IMG/VR virus record: IMGVR_UViG_3300049781_000037
Location: 1-39,184 of that record
Reading direction: 5' to 3' (one strand)
Origin: a virus
Taxonomy: Duplodnaviria > Caudoviricetes
DNA: 39,184 nucleotides
In this document: in pieces, positions 8,650 through 15,668 of the stretch
How positions within the stretch are numbered: position 1 is the first letter of the stretch
Layout of the letters: each line of letters begins with the position of its first letter
The notes under the pieces: model-generated
Database searches by the model: none
What the model was told of the DNA's origin: nothing
What the model saw: the letters and a program-made list of their open reading frames with translations, nothing else
Program-made: the position numbers and the translations under genes

Positions 8650-8933
8650 TGGTCGCTGTCGCTACTCGTGTCGGTGTCCCCGTTGCCCTGGCCGTCCGGG
8701 CTGGTGCCGGTCGACGGGCTGGTGCCGGTGCTGGTGCCGTGCTTGCCCATCTCCAGGATCTGGCCGGCGTCGTCGTAGAAGCGGGCGGTCTGCGTGGCCG
8801 GGTCCAGCTCGGCCCGGGCGGCGGGGGCCATGGTGGGGTAGGGCGCCATGCGGCCGAGCCCCCACGGGCGGGCGGTGATGAGGCCCTGCGGGATGGCGGG
8901 GCCGGTGGGCAGGCGATCGGAGTGGACGAACAT
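8646..8933 (-). CDS. tgmA: ATP-grasp-modified RiPP precursor (graspimiditide type)
   Basis: Leader PWGLGRM...LDPATQT...EMGKH; Thr/Ser then Asp-rich core GTSTGTSPSTGTSPDGQGNGDTDTSSDSDQ; strong RBS GAGGGAGAGGT. Confidence 0.92.
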   Translation of the reverse strand: MFVHSDRLPTGPAIPQGLITARPWGLGRMAPYPTMAPAARAELDPATQTARFYDDAGQILEMGKHGTSTGTSPSTGTSPDGQGNGDTDTSSDSDQ

Positions 8934-9025
8934 ACCTCTCCCTCATGTCGTCGTAGTGGAGCGTGGGAACCCGCCCCGGGCCGGACCTCCAAGGTGGCGG
9001 CCGGAGGCGGGAGTCTGGGGGTCGG

Positions 9026-9187
9026 TCAGGTGCTGCGTCGCGCCTGCCGGTACTCCGCGGTGAGGCGAGCGGCGGTCTCACAGGGGAGGTTGAGGTTCGC
9101 ACCCTTGTCGTCGATGGCCCGGCAGGTCGGGCACGAAAGGCAGTGATCCCACAGGGCGGCCTGCTCGGGCGTCTCGGTGAGGATCAT
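9026..9187 (-). CDS. Small Cys/His (zinc-binding) protein, 53 aa
   Basis: ATG 9187 in ATGA overlap with GGAGG RBS; HCLSCPTC...PC. Confidence 0.7.
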   Translation of the reverse strand: MILTETPEQAALWDHCLSCPTCRAIDDKGANLNLPCETAARLTAEYRQARRST

Positions 9188-9510
9188 CGGCGCACCTCCA
9201 GCGCGAGGCGGCGAAGAGCGCGCCGGGTGTCGCACAGGATGGGGTTGTCGACGCACTGCTCACAGGTGTCGGCGTGCACGCCGTAGGTGCGAAGGGCCGC
9301 AGCGCGGACGCAGTCAGGGCATCCGCGCGGGAAGACCCTCACGTCGGCCGGTCCGGTCCGCTCGCCGAGGTCGACCGCCGTCTCGATCGTGAGCCGGGTC
9401 TGGCACCAGACGCACACCGCGCCGCGTCTCTGTGTCTCCGACAGGACGGACACGCTGGGCAGTGGGAGCAGGGCGAGCGGCCCGAGGTCCGCAGTGTCCA
9501 GGGCCGGCAT
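9184..9510 (-). CDS. Cys-rich double zinc-finger-like protein, 108 aa
   Basis: ATG 9510 overlapping upstream TGA; CVWC...CPDC...HADTCEQC...C. Confidence 0.75.
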   Translation of the reverse strand: MPALDTADLGPLALLPLPSVSVLSETQRRGAVCVWCQTRLTIETAVDLGERTGPADVRVFPRGCPDCVRAAALRTYGVHADTCEQCVDNPILCDTRRALRRLALEVRR

Positions 9511-9716
9511 CAGCTGTCGCTCCCGGCGTCCTGCGCGGGGGCCTTGTGGCATCCGCAGGAGACGATGTTCCACAGGCGGCCGGTGCCCCGCTGGGCGCGT
9601 CCTGCCGGGCGCAGGGTGCGGCTGACGGCGCCGCAGTACCAGCAAGCGCGCCCGTGGAGGCGGGCGATGCTCACGGAGCCCTGCACCCGTACTAGCGGCT
9701 CGGTGCGGCTGCTCAT
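9510..9716 (-). CDS. Small zinc-finger-like protein, 68 aa
   Basis: ATG 9716 after GGGAG; CWYC...CGCH. Confidence 0.7.
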   Translation of the reverse strand: MSSRTEPLVRVQGSVSIARLHGRACWYCGAVSRTLRPAGRAQRGTGRLWNIVSCGCHKAPAQDAGSDS

Positions 9717-9765
9717 CGCGGCTCCCATCTGCCCGTCCGGTGGTTACGGACAGATGATGTGCCGC

Positions 9766-9798
9766 TACAAGGGGCACAAGGGATACAGCGTGTATCCC
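9766..9798. promoter_or_regulatory. Candidate operator upstream of the Cys-rich/RiPP operon
   Basis: Perfect GGGATACA-GCG-TGTATCCC (9780-9798) overlapping 9-bp-period repeats TACAAGGGG/CACAAGGGA/TACAGCGTG. Confidence 0.6.
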
Positions 9799-9799
9799 C

Positions 9800-10981
9800 T
9801 CAGATGGCCCCGATCCAGTCGGCGAAGCTCGTCAGCGACTCGGCGTCTGCCCGCTTCAACCGGCGGACCGTTGCAGCAGCCTCCCGCGCCCAGGGGTGCT
9901 CACGGGTGTGCTGGGGAGCGATGAACCGGGCCACCTTCAGCGACTCGAAGGCGTCGTCAGGGTGCCCTGCCCAGACCTGGGCTCGGGCGAGTTCGATCCA
10001 GAAACCCGACTGTCTCTCGGCCGGCATGTCGGCAGGGGGCGTCCACTCGTCGGCGACGTCCAGGGCTCGCTGGAGATGCTCTTGGCCCAGGCTGACGGCC
10101 ACGGACACCTCGTGTGCGCGCACGGTGTCCGGGCCGAACTGGGTTCCGTCGTAGGCGTCTTCCGGTAGGGCGTCGCCGAGCCGGTGAGCTTCGCCGAGGT
10201 GGAGTGACGCGGCGTCGGTGTCACTGGCGCGGGCGGCGATCACGGCGGCGCGCATGTGGAGTGCGCCGCGGGCCGCGGTCGCGTCCCTGCCGAGCGGGCT
10301 GGGGCTGGCGTCGATGGCCCGCTCCAAGGCCGCGAGGCCCTGGGTGTGGGCGCGAGCGGCGAAGAACGTCTCGGTGCGGACGTAGGCGGCGGTGGCCTGG
10401 GCGATGCGGTCGTCGGTCTGCTGGGCGGCCCAGCGCATGAGCTCGACCAGGCGGGCGGACAGGTCGCGGGCGCCGAACTTGTACGCGACCGCGTCGGCTG
10501 AGCGTGCGGTGACGGCGAGGAGTTGGGCTGCGCGGAGCTGGTCGGCCCCCGTGGTGTGATGCAGTGCGGCGAGAACATCGCCGAGGAGGTGCGGGGCCCG
10601 CTCGGCGATCCGTGCGTACTGGGCGCCCAGCCGCCACTGCACCAGCTGGCCGATGGCGGCATCGAGTTCAGGGAGCGGGCGGGGAGAGGTGTCCGCCGGG
10701 ATGTCGTAGGCGCTGATCGCGGCTGAGATGGCGGGGATCGCTGCGTGGACGCGGCTATCGGTGCGGGTGCTGCCGGTGACGATATGGCTCGGGTCGGTGC
10801 TGAGCGCGGCCGCGATCGAGTCGAGGGTGTCGTCGCTGGGTGCGCGGGCGCCGCGTTCGATGGCCTTCACGGTGGAGAGGGATACGAAGGCGGCGCGGGC
10901 GAGTTCGGCTTGAGTCATCCGGCGGGCGCGGCGGATCGTGGCGATGCGCTGGCCTACCTCCCGCATGCTGGGGCTGGGCAT
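9800..10981 (-). CDS. XRE-family HTH regulator with long TPR-like C-terminal domain (about 393 aa)
   Basis: VGQRIATIRRARRMTQAELARAAFVSLSTVKAIERG; Ala/Leu helical repeats; FGPDTV, ARFIAPQHTREHPWARE; RBS ACGGAG before ATG 10981. Confidence 0.87.
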   Translation of the reverse strand: MPSPSMREVGQRIATIRRARRMTQAELARAAFVSLSTVKAIERGARAPSDDTLDSIAAALSTDPSHIVTGSTRTDSRVHAAIPAISAAISAYDIPADTSPRPLPELDAAIGQLVQWRLGAQYARIAERAPHLLGDVLAALHHTTGADQLRAAQLLAVTARSADAVAYKFGARDLSARLVELMRWAAQQTDDRIAQATAAYVRTETFFAARAHTQGLAALERAIDASPSPLGRDATAARGALHMRAAVIAARASDTDAASLHLGEAHRLGDALPEDAYDGTQFGPDTVRAHEVSVAVSLGQEHLQRALDVADEWTPPADMPAERQSGFWIELARAQVWAGHPDDAFESLKVARFIAPQHTREHPWAREAAATVRRLKRADAESLTSFADWIGAI

Positions 10982-11078
10982 ACTGGCTCCGTTCGGTGCG
11001 TCCACTCCGAACGGTAGCCGCGACACTACGGCGCGGGTACCGGCTTGCCCCGCTCAGCATCGGGCCGAGCGGGACAAG

Positions 11079-11720
11079 CTACCGGCCGACGAACGCAGTC
11101 AGCTCCATGAGGCTGTCGATCCGCCAGTCCGCTGCCGCAACGATGTCCAAGTCGTCCGCCCACAGATGCCCCCACGGGCCACGCCGAAGGTGCGCGGTAC
11201 GCAGCCCGGCCGCAGCTGCGGGCATCACGTCGTTGGCGGGGTGGTCGCCGACGTACAGGGCCTCGCCAGGTGCCGTCTCGGCTGCGTCGATCACACGCTG
11301 GAAGAACTCGGGCTGCGGCTTGGCCACACCCCATTCTCCGGAGGTCACCACCAGATCGGCCGGCAGGTCCAGGGCCCGGAGGAGTTCACCCGCGCGGGCA
11401 GTCTGGTTCCCGGCGATGACGACCCGTGCGCCGAGCCGCTGCAACTCCGCCAGGGCCGGGCGAACGTCGCCGTACAGATCGCCTTCGTCGAGGTGTTCGC
11501 CGCGGCCGGCGGCCTCGCGGGCCCGGTACTCGGCGGCGATGTCGATGCCGGGCCGGGCGAGGCGGAGCGCGTCGGCGTTGTCGCGGCCCTGAGCGACGAC
11601 CGCGCCGACGAGGGCGGACAGGGTGTGCCGAGGGATGCCGAGCCAATCCGCCCATGATGCCCAGTACCGGTCATCGCGGGTGATGGTTTCGCCGACGTCG
11701 AAGATCACTGCGCGAATCAT
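11079..11720 (-). CDS. HAD-family hydrolase
   Basis: Motif I AVIFDVGET, motif II IAGNQ, motif III KP, motif IV YVGDHPAND. Confidence 0.88.
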   Translation of the reverse strand: MIRAVIFDVGETITRDDRYWASWADWLGIPRHTLSALVGAVVAQGRDNADALRLARPGIDIAAEYRAREAAGRGEHLDEGDLYGDVRPALAELQRLGARVVIAGNQTARAGELLRALDLPADLVVTSGEWGVAKPQPEFFQRVIDAAETAPGEALYVGDHPANDVMPAAAAGLRTAHLRRGPWGHLWADDLDIVAAADWRIDSLMELTAFVGR

Positions 11721-11742
11721 GCGGGCAGGGTATCTGGGCATG

Positions 11743-11780
11743 ACGAAAGGGCCCCCTCCCGCCCGAAGGCGAGAGGGGGC
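11743..11780 (-). terminator. Intrinsic terminator after nuclease gene (repeat copy 1)
   Basis: Minus strand GCCCCCTCTCGCC-TTCG-GGCGGGAGGGGGC then CCTTTCGT. Confidence 0.7.
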
Positions 11781-11788
11781 TCTGTGGG

Positions 11789-12445
11789 TTACACGGCCGG
11801 CTCGTACGTCACGGTCTGGGCAGGGCAACTGCTGGCCACGTCACCCAGGGCCGCCAGCTCGGGTGTGTCCGCGGCTAGGCTCCAGCGGAGCTTTGTCCCA
11901 ACCCACTCAGCCGCGTACCGGCAGTGGGCCTCCGCAGCGGGCGGCATCCAGGTGGAGGGGTCCTGGTCCGCCTTCTGCCGGTTCGAGCGGGCGGTAACAG
12001 CTACCAAGGACGCTTCGGCGCCCTGGTCGTTGGCGTACTGCTCTCGACGCTGCGCGGTCCAGGACGACGCGCCGCTGTCCCAGGCCTCGGCGAGAGGGAC
12101 CATGTGGTCGATGTCCAGGCCTGAGGCTGATGTCACCGTGATCGCGTCGTAGTACGACCACCAGTGCCCGCCGGTCAGACGGCAGCTCGGGCCGACCGTA
12201 GGCGGCTCGATCGCCTCGTGGATGAGGACCTCGTTCCGCGTGTTGCAGCCGTCGGCAGGGTCGTCGCCAGCGTTCCAGTGGCGGAACTTGTCGCGGCTGT
12301 AGCCGGAGCGGTTCTCGTCGGCCATGGGCAGCATGGCGACGGCGTCGGTGAGCGGGAGTGTTTCGGCGGCGTGGGCGGGCGGTGAGGTGGTGAAGGACAG
12401 GACGGCGAGGGCGGCGGCCAGGCCGCGCGACAGAGCTTTGACCAT
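11789..12445 (-). CDS. Secreted HNH-type nuclease (DUF1524-like)
   Basis: Sec signal peptide ending AHA/AE; GYSRDKF, CNTRNEVL, DIDHMVPLAEAWDSGA, SNRQKADQDP.TWMP. Confidence 0.85.
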   Translation of the reverse strand: MVKALSRGLAAALAVLSFTTSPPAHAAETLPLTDAVAMLPMADENRSGYSRDKFRHWNAGDDPADGCNTRNEVLIHEAIEPPTVGPSCRLTGGHWWSYYDAITVTSASGLDIDHMVPLAEAWDSGASSWTAQRREQYANDQGAEASLVAVTARSNRQKADQDPSTWMPPAAEAHCRYAAEWVGTKLRWSLAADTPELAALGDVASSCPAQTVTYEPAV

Positions 12446-12532
12446 GTGCTGTTGATAGCGGCCGTCGGAGGCGCGAATTCCGCAGTTCCGGCCGTGCGCC
12501 CCCTGTGTGGGTGGAAAGGTCGTACTGGAGAA

Positions 12533-12568
12533 ACGAAACGGCCCCTCCCGCCCGGAGGCGAGAGGGGC
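12533..12568 (-). terminator. Intrinsic terminator ending lysis operon (repeat copy 2)
   Basis: Minus strand GCCCCTCTCGCC-TCCG-GGCGGGAGGGGC then CGTTTCGTTT. Confidence 0.7.
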
Positions 12569-12575
12569 ACTGTGT

Positions 12576-13253
12576 TCACGGGTACTGCCGGCGGGTCGGG
12601 TCCAGCGCGGCCGCGAGCGGGCCAGGCAGATCAGGATCCGGGTCGCCTTCGGTGGGTTCGCAGGAGTAGGCCGTCGAACCGCTCCCGGTGGGGGTGCAGG
12701 TGTACGTCACGCCGCGGTAAACGAACGTCCAGCTCGACGGCGGCGACCCCGCGGGCCCCTGTTCGCCCTTCTCGCCATCCGCGCCCGGCGGGCCCGGCTC
12801 ACCCTGCGGCCCAGGCGGGCCTGCAGCGCCGGCGTCTCCAGGCGGGCCAGCCGCACCAGGGCTTCCGGCGGCCCCAGGTTCGCCTGGGGCACCCGTAGCC
12901 GAGGCTCCATCGGCACCGTCCCGGCCGGGCTGCCCAGGCGAACCGCTCGGCCCGGGCGGCCCCGTCGGGCCTGACTCGCCCCCTTCGCCCGACGGTCCTG
13001 GGGGCCCCGTGACCGAATCGCCGGGCTCGCCCCTGCTCCCCGGCGGGCCCACCACCGGCGTCCCGCCGAGCTCCTCCACCTGCCGGGCCAGCGCGTCACG
13101 GGCGGCGTGCTCGGTCCGCAGGTCCTGGGACAGGTCAACCACCATCACGGCCAGGGCGACGAGGAGACCGACGGCGATGAGACCGGTCAGCACGCCTAGC
13201 CACTCGGCGCGTGGAGCTCGCCAGCGCCGCCGCCGCTTGTGCGCTCGCCTCAT
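12576..13253 (-). CDS. Membrane-anchored collagen-like protein of lysis cassette
   Basis: ATG 13253 (ATGA overlap); basic N-terminus, one TM, about 30 Gly-X-Y triplets, C-terminal domain with two Cys. Confidence 0.85.
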   Translation of the reverse strand: MRRAHKRRRRWRAPRAEWLGVLTGLIAVGLLVALAVMVVDLSQDLRTEHAARDALARQVEELGGTPVVGPPGSRGEPGDSVTGPPGPSGEGGESGPTGPPGPSGSPGQPGRDGADGASATGAPGEPGAAGSPGAAGPPGDAGAAGPPGPQGEPGPPGADGEKGEQGPAGSPPSSWTFVYRGVTYTCTPTGSGSTAYSCEPTEGDPDPDLPGPLAAALDPTRRQYP

Positions 13254-13600
13254 CTCACCACCACCGCCCATACCGCGATTGCCGCGGACAGGAGACCCAT
13301 GAGGACCGGCACGATCATCTGGTAGAGGCGGGCCTGCCGTTCACGCTCGCGGCGGTCGCGTTCGTCGCGCTGGTACTGCTCGAAGGCGTCCTCCAGCGCG
13401 GCGTTGGCATCGCGCTCCTTCTGGAGTTCCTGACCGAGGGTGTTGATCCGTTGATCGGTGTAGGCGGACTGAAGGGCGTAGACCTCAGTGGAGACGACCT
13501 TGTCCAGGCGTGAGTTGATGCCCTGGCCCATGGCCTGGACCTCCCGGCGGAGGGCGTCGACGGTGCGCCCGAGTTCGCCGACGCTCAGCTCGTCGGGCAC
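13250..13600 (-). CDS. Lysis-cassette membrane protein (coiled coil + C-terminal TM)
   Basis: Located after the holin; C-terminal hydrophobic helix [21 protein letters not shown]. Confidence 0.75.
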   Translation of the reverse strand: MPDELSVGELGRTVDALRREVQAMGQGINSRLDKVVSTEVYALQSAYTDQRINTLGQELQKERDANAALEDAFEQYQRDERDRRERERQARLYQMIVPVLMGLLSAAIAVWAVVVR

Positions 13601-13613
13601 GTACCGCTCCGAT

Positions 13614-13985
13614 CTACGCGGCCTTGACGACGCTGGACTGCTCCAGCTTCATCGCCGCGATAGGGGCCGTCACCTGCGGGCGGATCACGACCAGGGCGAG
13701 GCCGCCCTCGATGAGCAGCATCCACAGGGCCTGAGTCTCCGCGCTCATCTCGAGGCCGAAGCCGAGGAACAGGGCGAGGGCGCCGTGCCCGAGGTTCACG
13801 AGCGCGGCGAAGGCCGCGCCCGTCTTCAGGATGAACGCCTCGGCGACGGCGACGACACAGGCGAGGAACGCCATGATGAGGGCCTGCTGGTCGGCGGTGA
13901 CGCCGAGGCCGTAGGCGGCGCCCAGCTTCAGGGTGAGGGCGATGAACGCGAGGATCGTGGCGGGCTCGCGGCCGAAGATGCTCAT
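13614..13985 (-). CDS. Holin (about 4 TM)
   Basis: MSIFGREPA start, four hydrophobic helices, directly after endolysin. Confidence 0.8.
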   Translation of the reverse strand: MSIFGREPATILAFIALTLKLGAAYGLGVTADQQALIMAFLACVVAVAEAFILKTGAAFAALVNLGHGALALFLGFGLEMSAETQALWMLLIEGGLALVVIRPQVTAPIAAMKLEQSSVVKAA

Positions 13986-14009
13986 GGTGTTCCGATCTGC
14001 CGAAGGTGT

Positions 14010-14867
14010 TCAGACGTTGGGGACCTGGAGCTTGGACCAGGACGTGGGGCCGGGGACGCCGTCGGCGTCGGCGCCGGCGTAGCCGAGCTTGCGCTGCCAC
14101 GCCGCGTAGGAGCGCTCGTCGCCAGAGCCCCACACGTCGGCGTTGGCCGTGCTGGCGTACTTGTCGCAGCCCTCGGCGACGAGCCGCTTGTGCATCGCGG
14201 CGATGATCGGGCTGCGGCGGCCGGCCGCGAAGAACGAAGCGCCGGGGAACGGCTCGTAGCGCGGCTTGCTCGGCGCAGGCGCTCCCACGAACGCGGGCCA
14301 CGAGCCGGGATCGGTGTGGTCGTTCTCGGGGACGTCGCCGTGCGCGTACCAGCCGCTCTGGCTAGACCAGGTAGATCCAGAACGGCGGGACTTGAACCCG
14401 GACGGCGCGCCCATGGGCCACCGGTTCGGCACTCCCCACGAGTGCACCCAGGCCTGGAGCTCCGCCCACCCCTTGCAGGGCGTGTCCGTGAGCTTCGGGT
14501 AGACCGTCGAACGAACGCGGCAGTACGGGAAGAACAGGGCCTCGATCTGGAGGACCACCGAGCCCGCCCGGTTGGTGCGGGTGCCGCCGGCCTTGTCCGC
14601 GAGGGACTTGGAGCGGGAGTTGGCGGGCACGAACTGGGTGAAGCTGCCGGTGAACGGGTCCCAGAGGATGTGCGGGGCGGCTCCGGCGCCGCTCCCGGCG
14701 AAGTAGCTGCGCAGGTTGGTGTAGGAGACGAGGTCCTGCGGCTTGGCCGCGGTCGCGTTGCGGTCCCACGTGATGTGCGCGATGGCCTTGGCCGGGCCGC
14801 CGTCGGTCGACGCGTGGTCGCCGACATCCAGCCGGGCCGCGCCGGGCATCCACAGCTCAGGCACCAC
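14010..14867 (-). CDS. Endolysin: N-acetylmuramoyl-L-alanine amidase-like domain + peptidoglycan-binding domain
   Basis: IAHITWD, APHILWDP, QIE, YAHGDVPENDHTDPG zinc-amidase motifs; C-terminal YEPFPG...WQRKLGY..ADADGVPGPTSW. Confidence 0.88.
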   Translation of the reverse strand: MVPELWMPGAARLDVGDHASTDGGPAKAIAHITWDRNATAAKPQDLVSYTNLRSYFAGSGAGAAPHILWDPFTGSFTQFVPANSRSKSLADKAGGTRTNRAGSVVLQIEALFFPYCRVRSTVYPKLTDTPCKGWAELQAWVHSWGVPNRWPMGAPSGFKSRRSGSTWSSQSGWYAHGDVPENDHTDPGSWPAFVGAPAPSKPRYEPFPGASFFAAGRRSPIIAAMHKRLVAEGCDKYASTANADVWGSGDERSYAAWQRKLGYAGADADGVPGPTSWSKLQVPNV

Positions 14868-15051
14868 TGCCCCCGTTCTGCGCGGCGGACCAGACGGCGT
14901 ACGCGGCGACGTTCCAGGCGGTCTGGACGTCCTCGCCGAGGTCCTCCCACGGGGGCATCTGTCGGCCGTCGTGAGTGAGCCCGCCGGTGGACTCGCCGTA
15001 GGCGGCGTAAGCGCGCTGCCCGATGTCGGACGGGGCGGGGTTCTGAGCCAT
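14857..15051 (-). CDS. Small hypothetical phage protein (64 aa)
   Basis: ATG 15051 after AGGAGG; GQRAYAAYGESTGG...MPPWEDL..QTAW. Confidence 0.75.
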   Translation of the reverse strand: MAQNPAPSDIGQRAYAAYGESTGGLTHDGRQMPPWEDLGEDVQTAWNVAAYAVWSAAQNGGSGA

Positions 15052-15068
15052 GAGCCCTCCTGTTGTAT

Positions 15069-15100
15069 GAAAAGGAGCCCCGGCCGGTCGGCACGGGGCT
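15069..15100 (-). terminator. Intrinsic terminator between tail and lysis genes
   Basis: Minus strand AGCCCCG...CGGGGCT then CCTTTTC. Confidence 0.7.
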
Positions 15101-15116
15101 GCGGGATGTGCGTGGG

Positions 15117-15656
15117 TCAGCTGGCGGTCTCGTACTGGAACTCGCCTCGGATCGCGTAGCCGGACGCCCACGTCGTACCTGCGACACCGCTCGACCACGG
15201 GCCGACCGCGTCGACGAGGCCCTTACCGCCACCGGTGGCGCCGTCCGCCGTCGTGTCCAGGCCGTCAGGGGCGCCGGTGTTCAGCTCCAGCTCGAACACA
15301 CTCGTCGTCGTGAGTCGCATCCTGGCCATGTGCCGCTTCGACGTCGACTTGTTCAGCTCAGCGAAGCCGATGCAGGACACGACGGCCGCCGCCGGCACTG
15401 GGAGAGAGAACCGCCAGTTGTCGCTCGACCCTCCGCCACCGAAGTTGGTGGTGGAGCCGAAGACGATGTCGAACGTGCCGAAGCAGCTGGTGGCGGAAAG
15501 GGCGTAGCGGCAGGCGAGGACCGCGTTACCGAACGAGGGCGTGTTGACCCCGGTTGACGTGGTCCACATTGGGGTCCAGTCCTGCCAGGTCGGCGAGATC
15601 GACCGCAGTCGTCCCGCCGTGATGTTCATGCCGGGCTGCCACGGCTCGTAGGGCAC
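15117..15656 (-). CDS. Minor tail/fibre protein
   Basis: N-terminal WQPGMNITAGRL motif, beta-rich, last tail gene; RBS GAGGAGGAG. Confidence 0.7.
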   Translation of the reverse strand: MPYEPWQPGMNITAGRLRSISPTWQDWTPMWTTSTGVNTPSFGNAVLACRYALSATSCFGTFDIVFGSTTNFGGGGSSDNWRFSLPVPAAAVVSCIGFAELNKSTSKRHMARMRLTTTSVFELELNTGAPDGLDTTADGATGGGKGLVDAVGPWSSGVAGTTWASGYAIRGEFQYETAS

Positions 15657-15668
15657 GGTGCTCCTCCT

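Noticed and set aside
13488-14978. 496-aa plus-strand ORF across the lysis genes (similarly 28928-30619, 1261-2481, 4468-5688)
   Set aside because: Shadow frames caused by GC3 bias; Arg/Gly/Ala-rich translations without recognisable motifs
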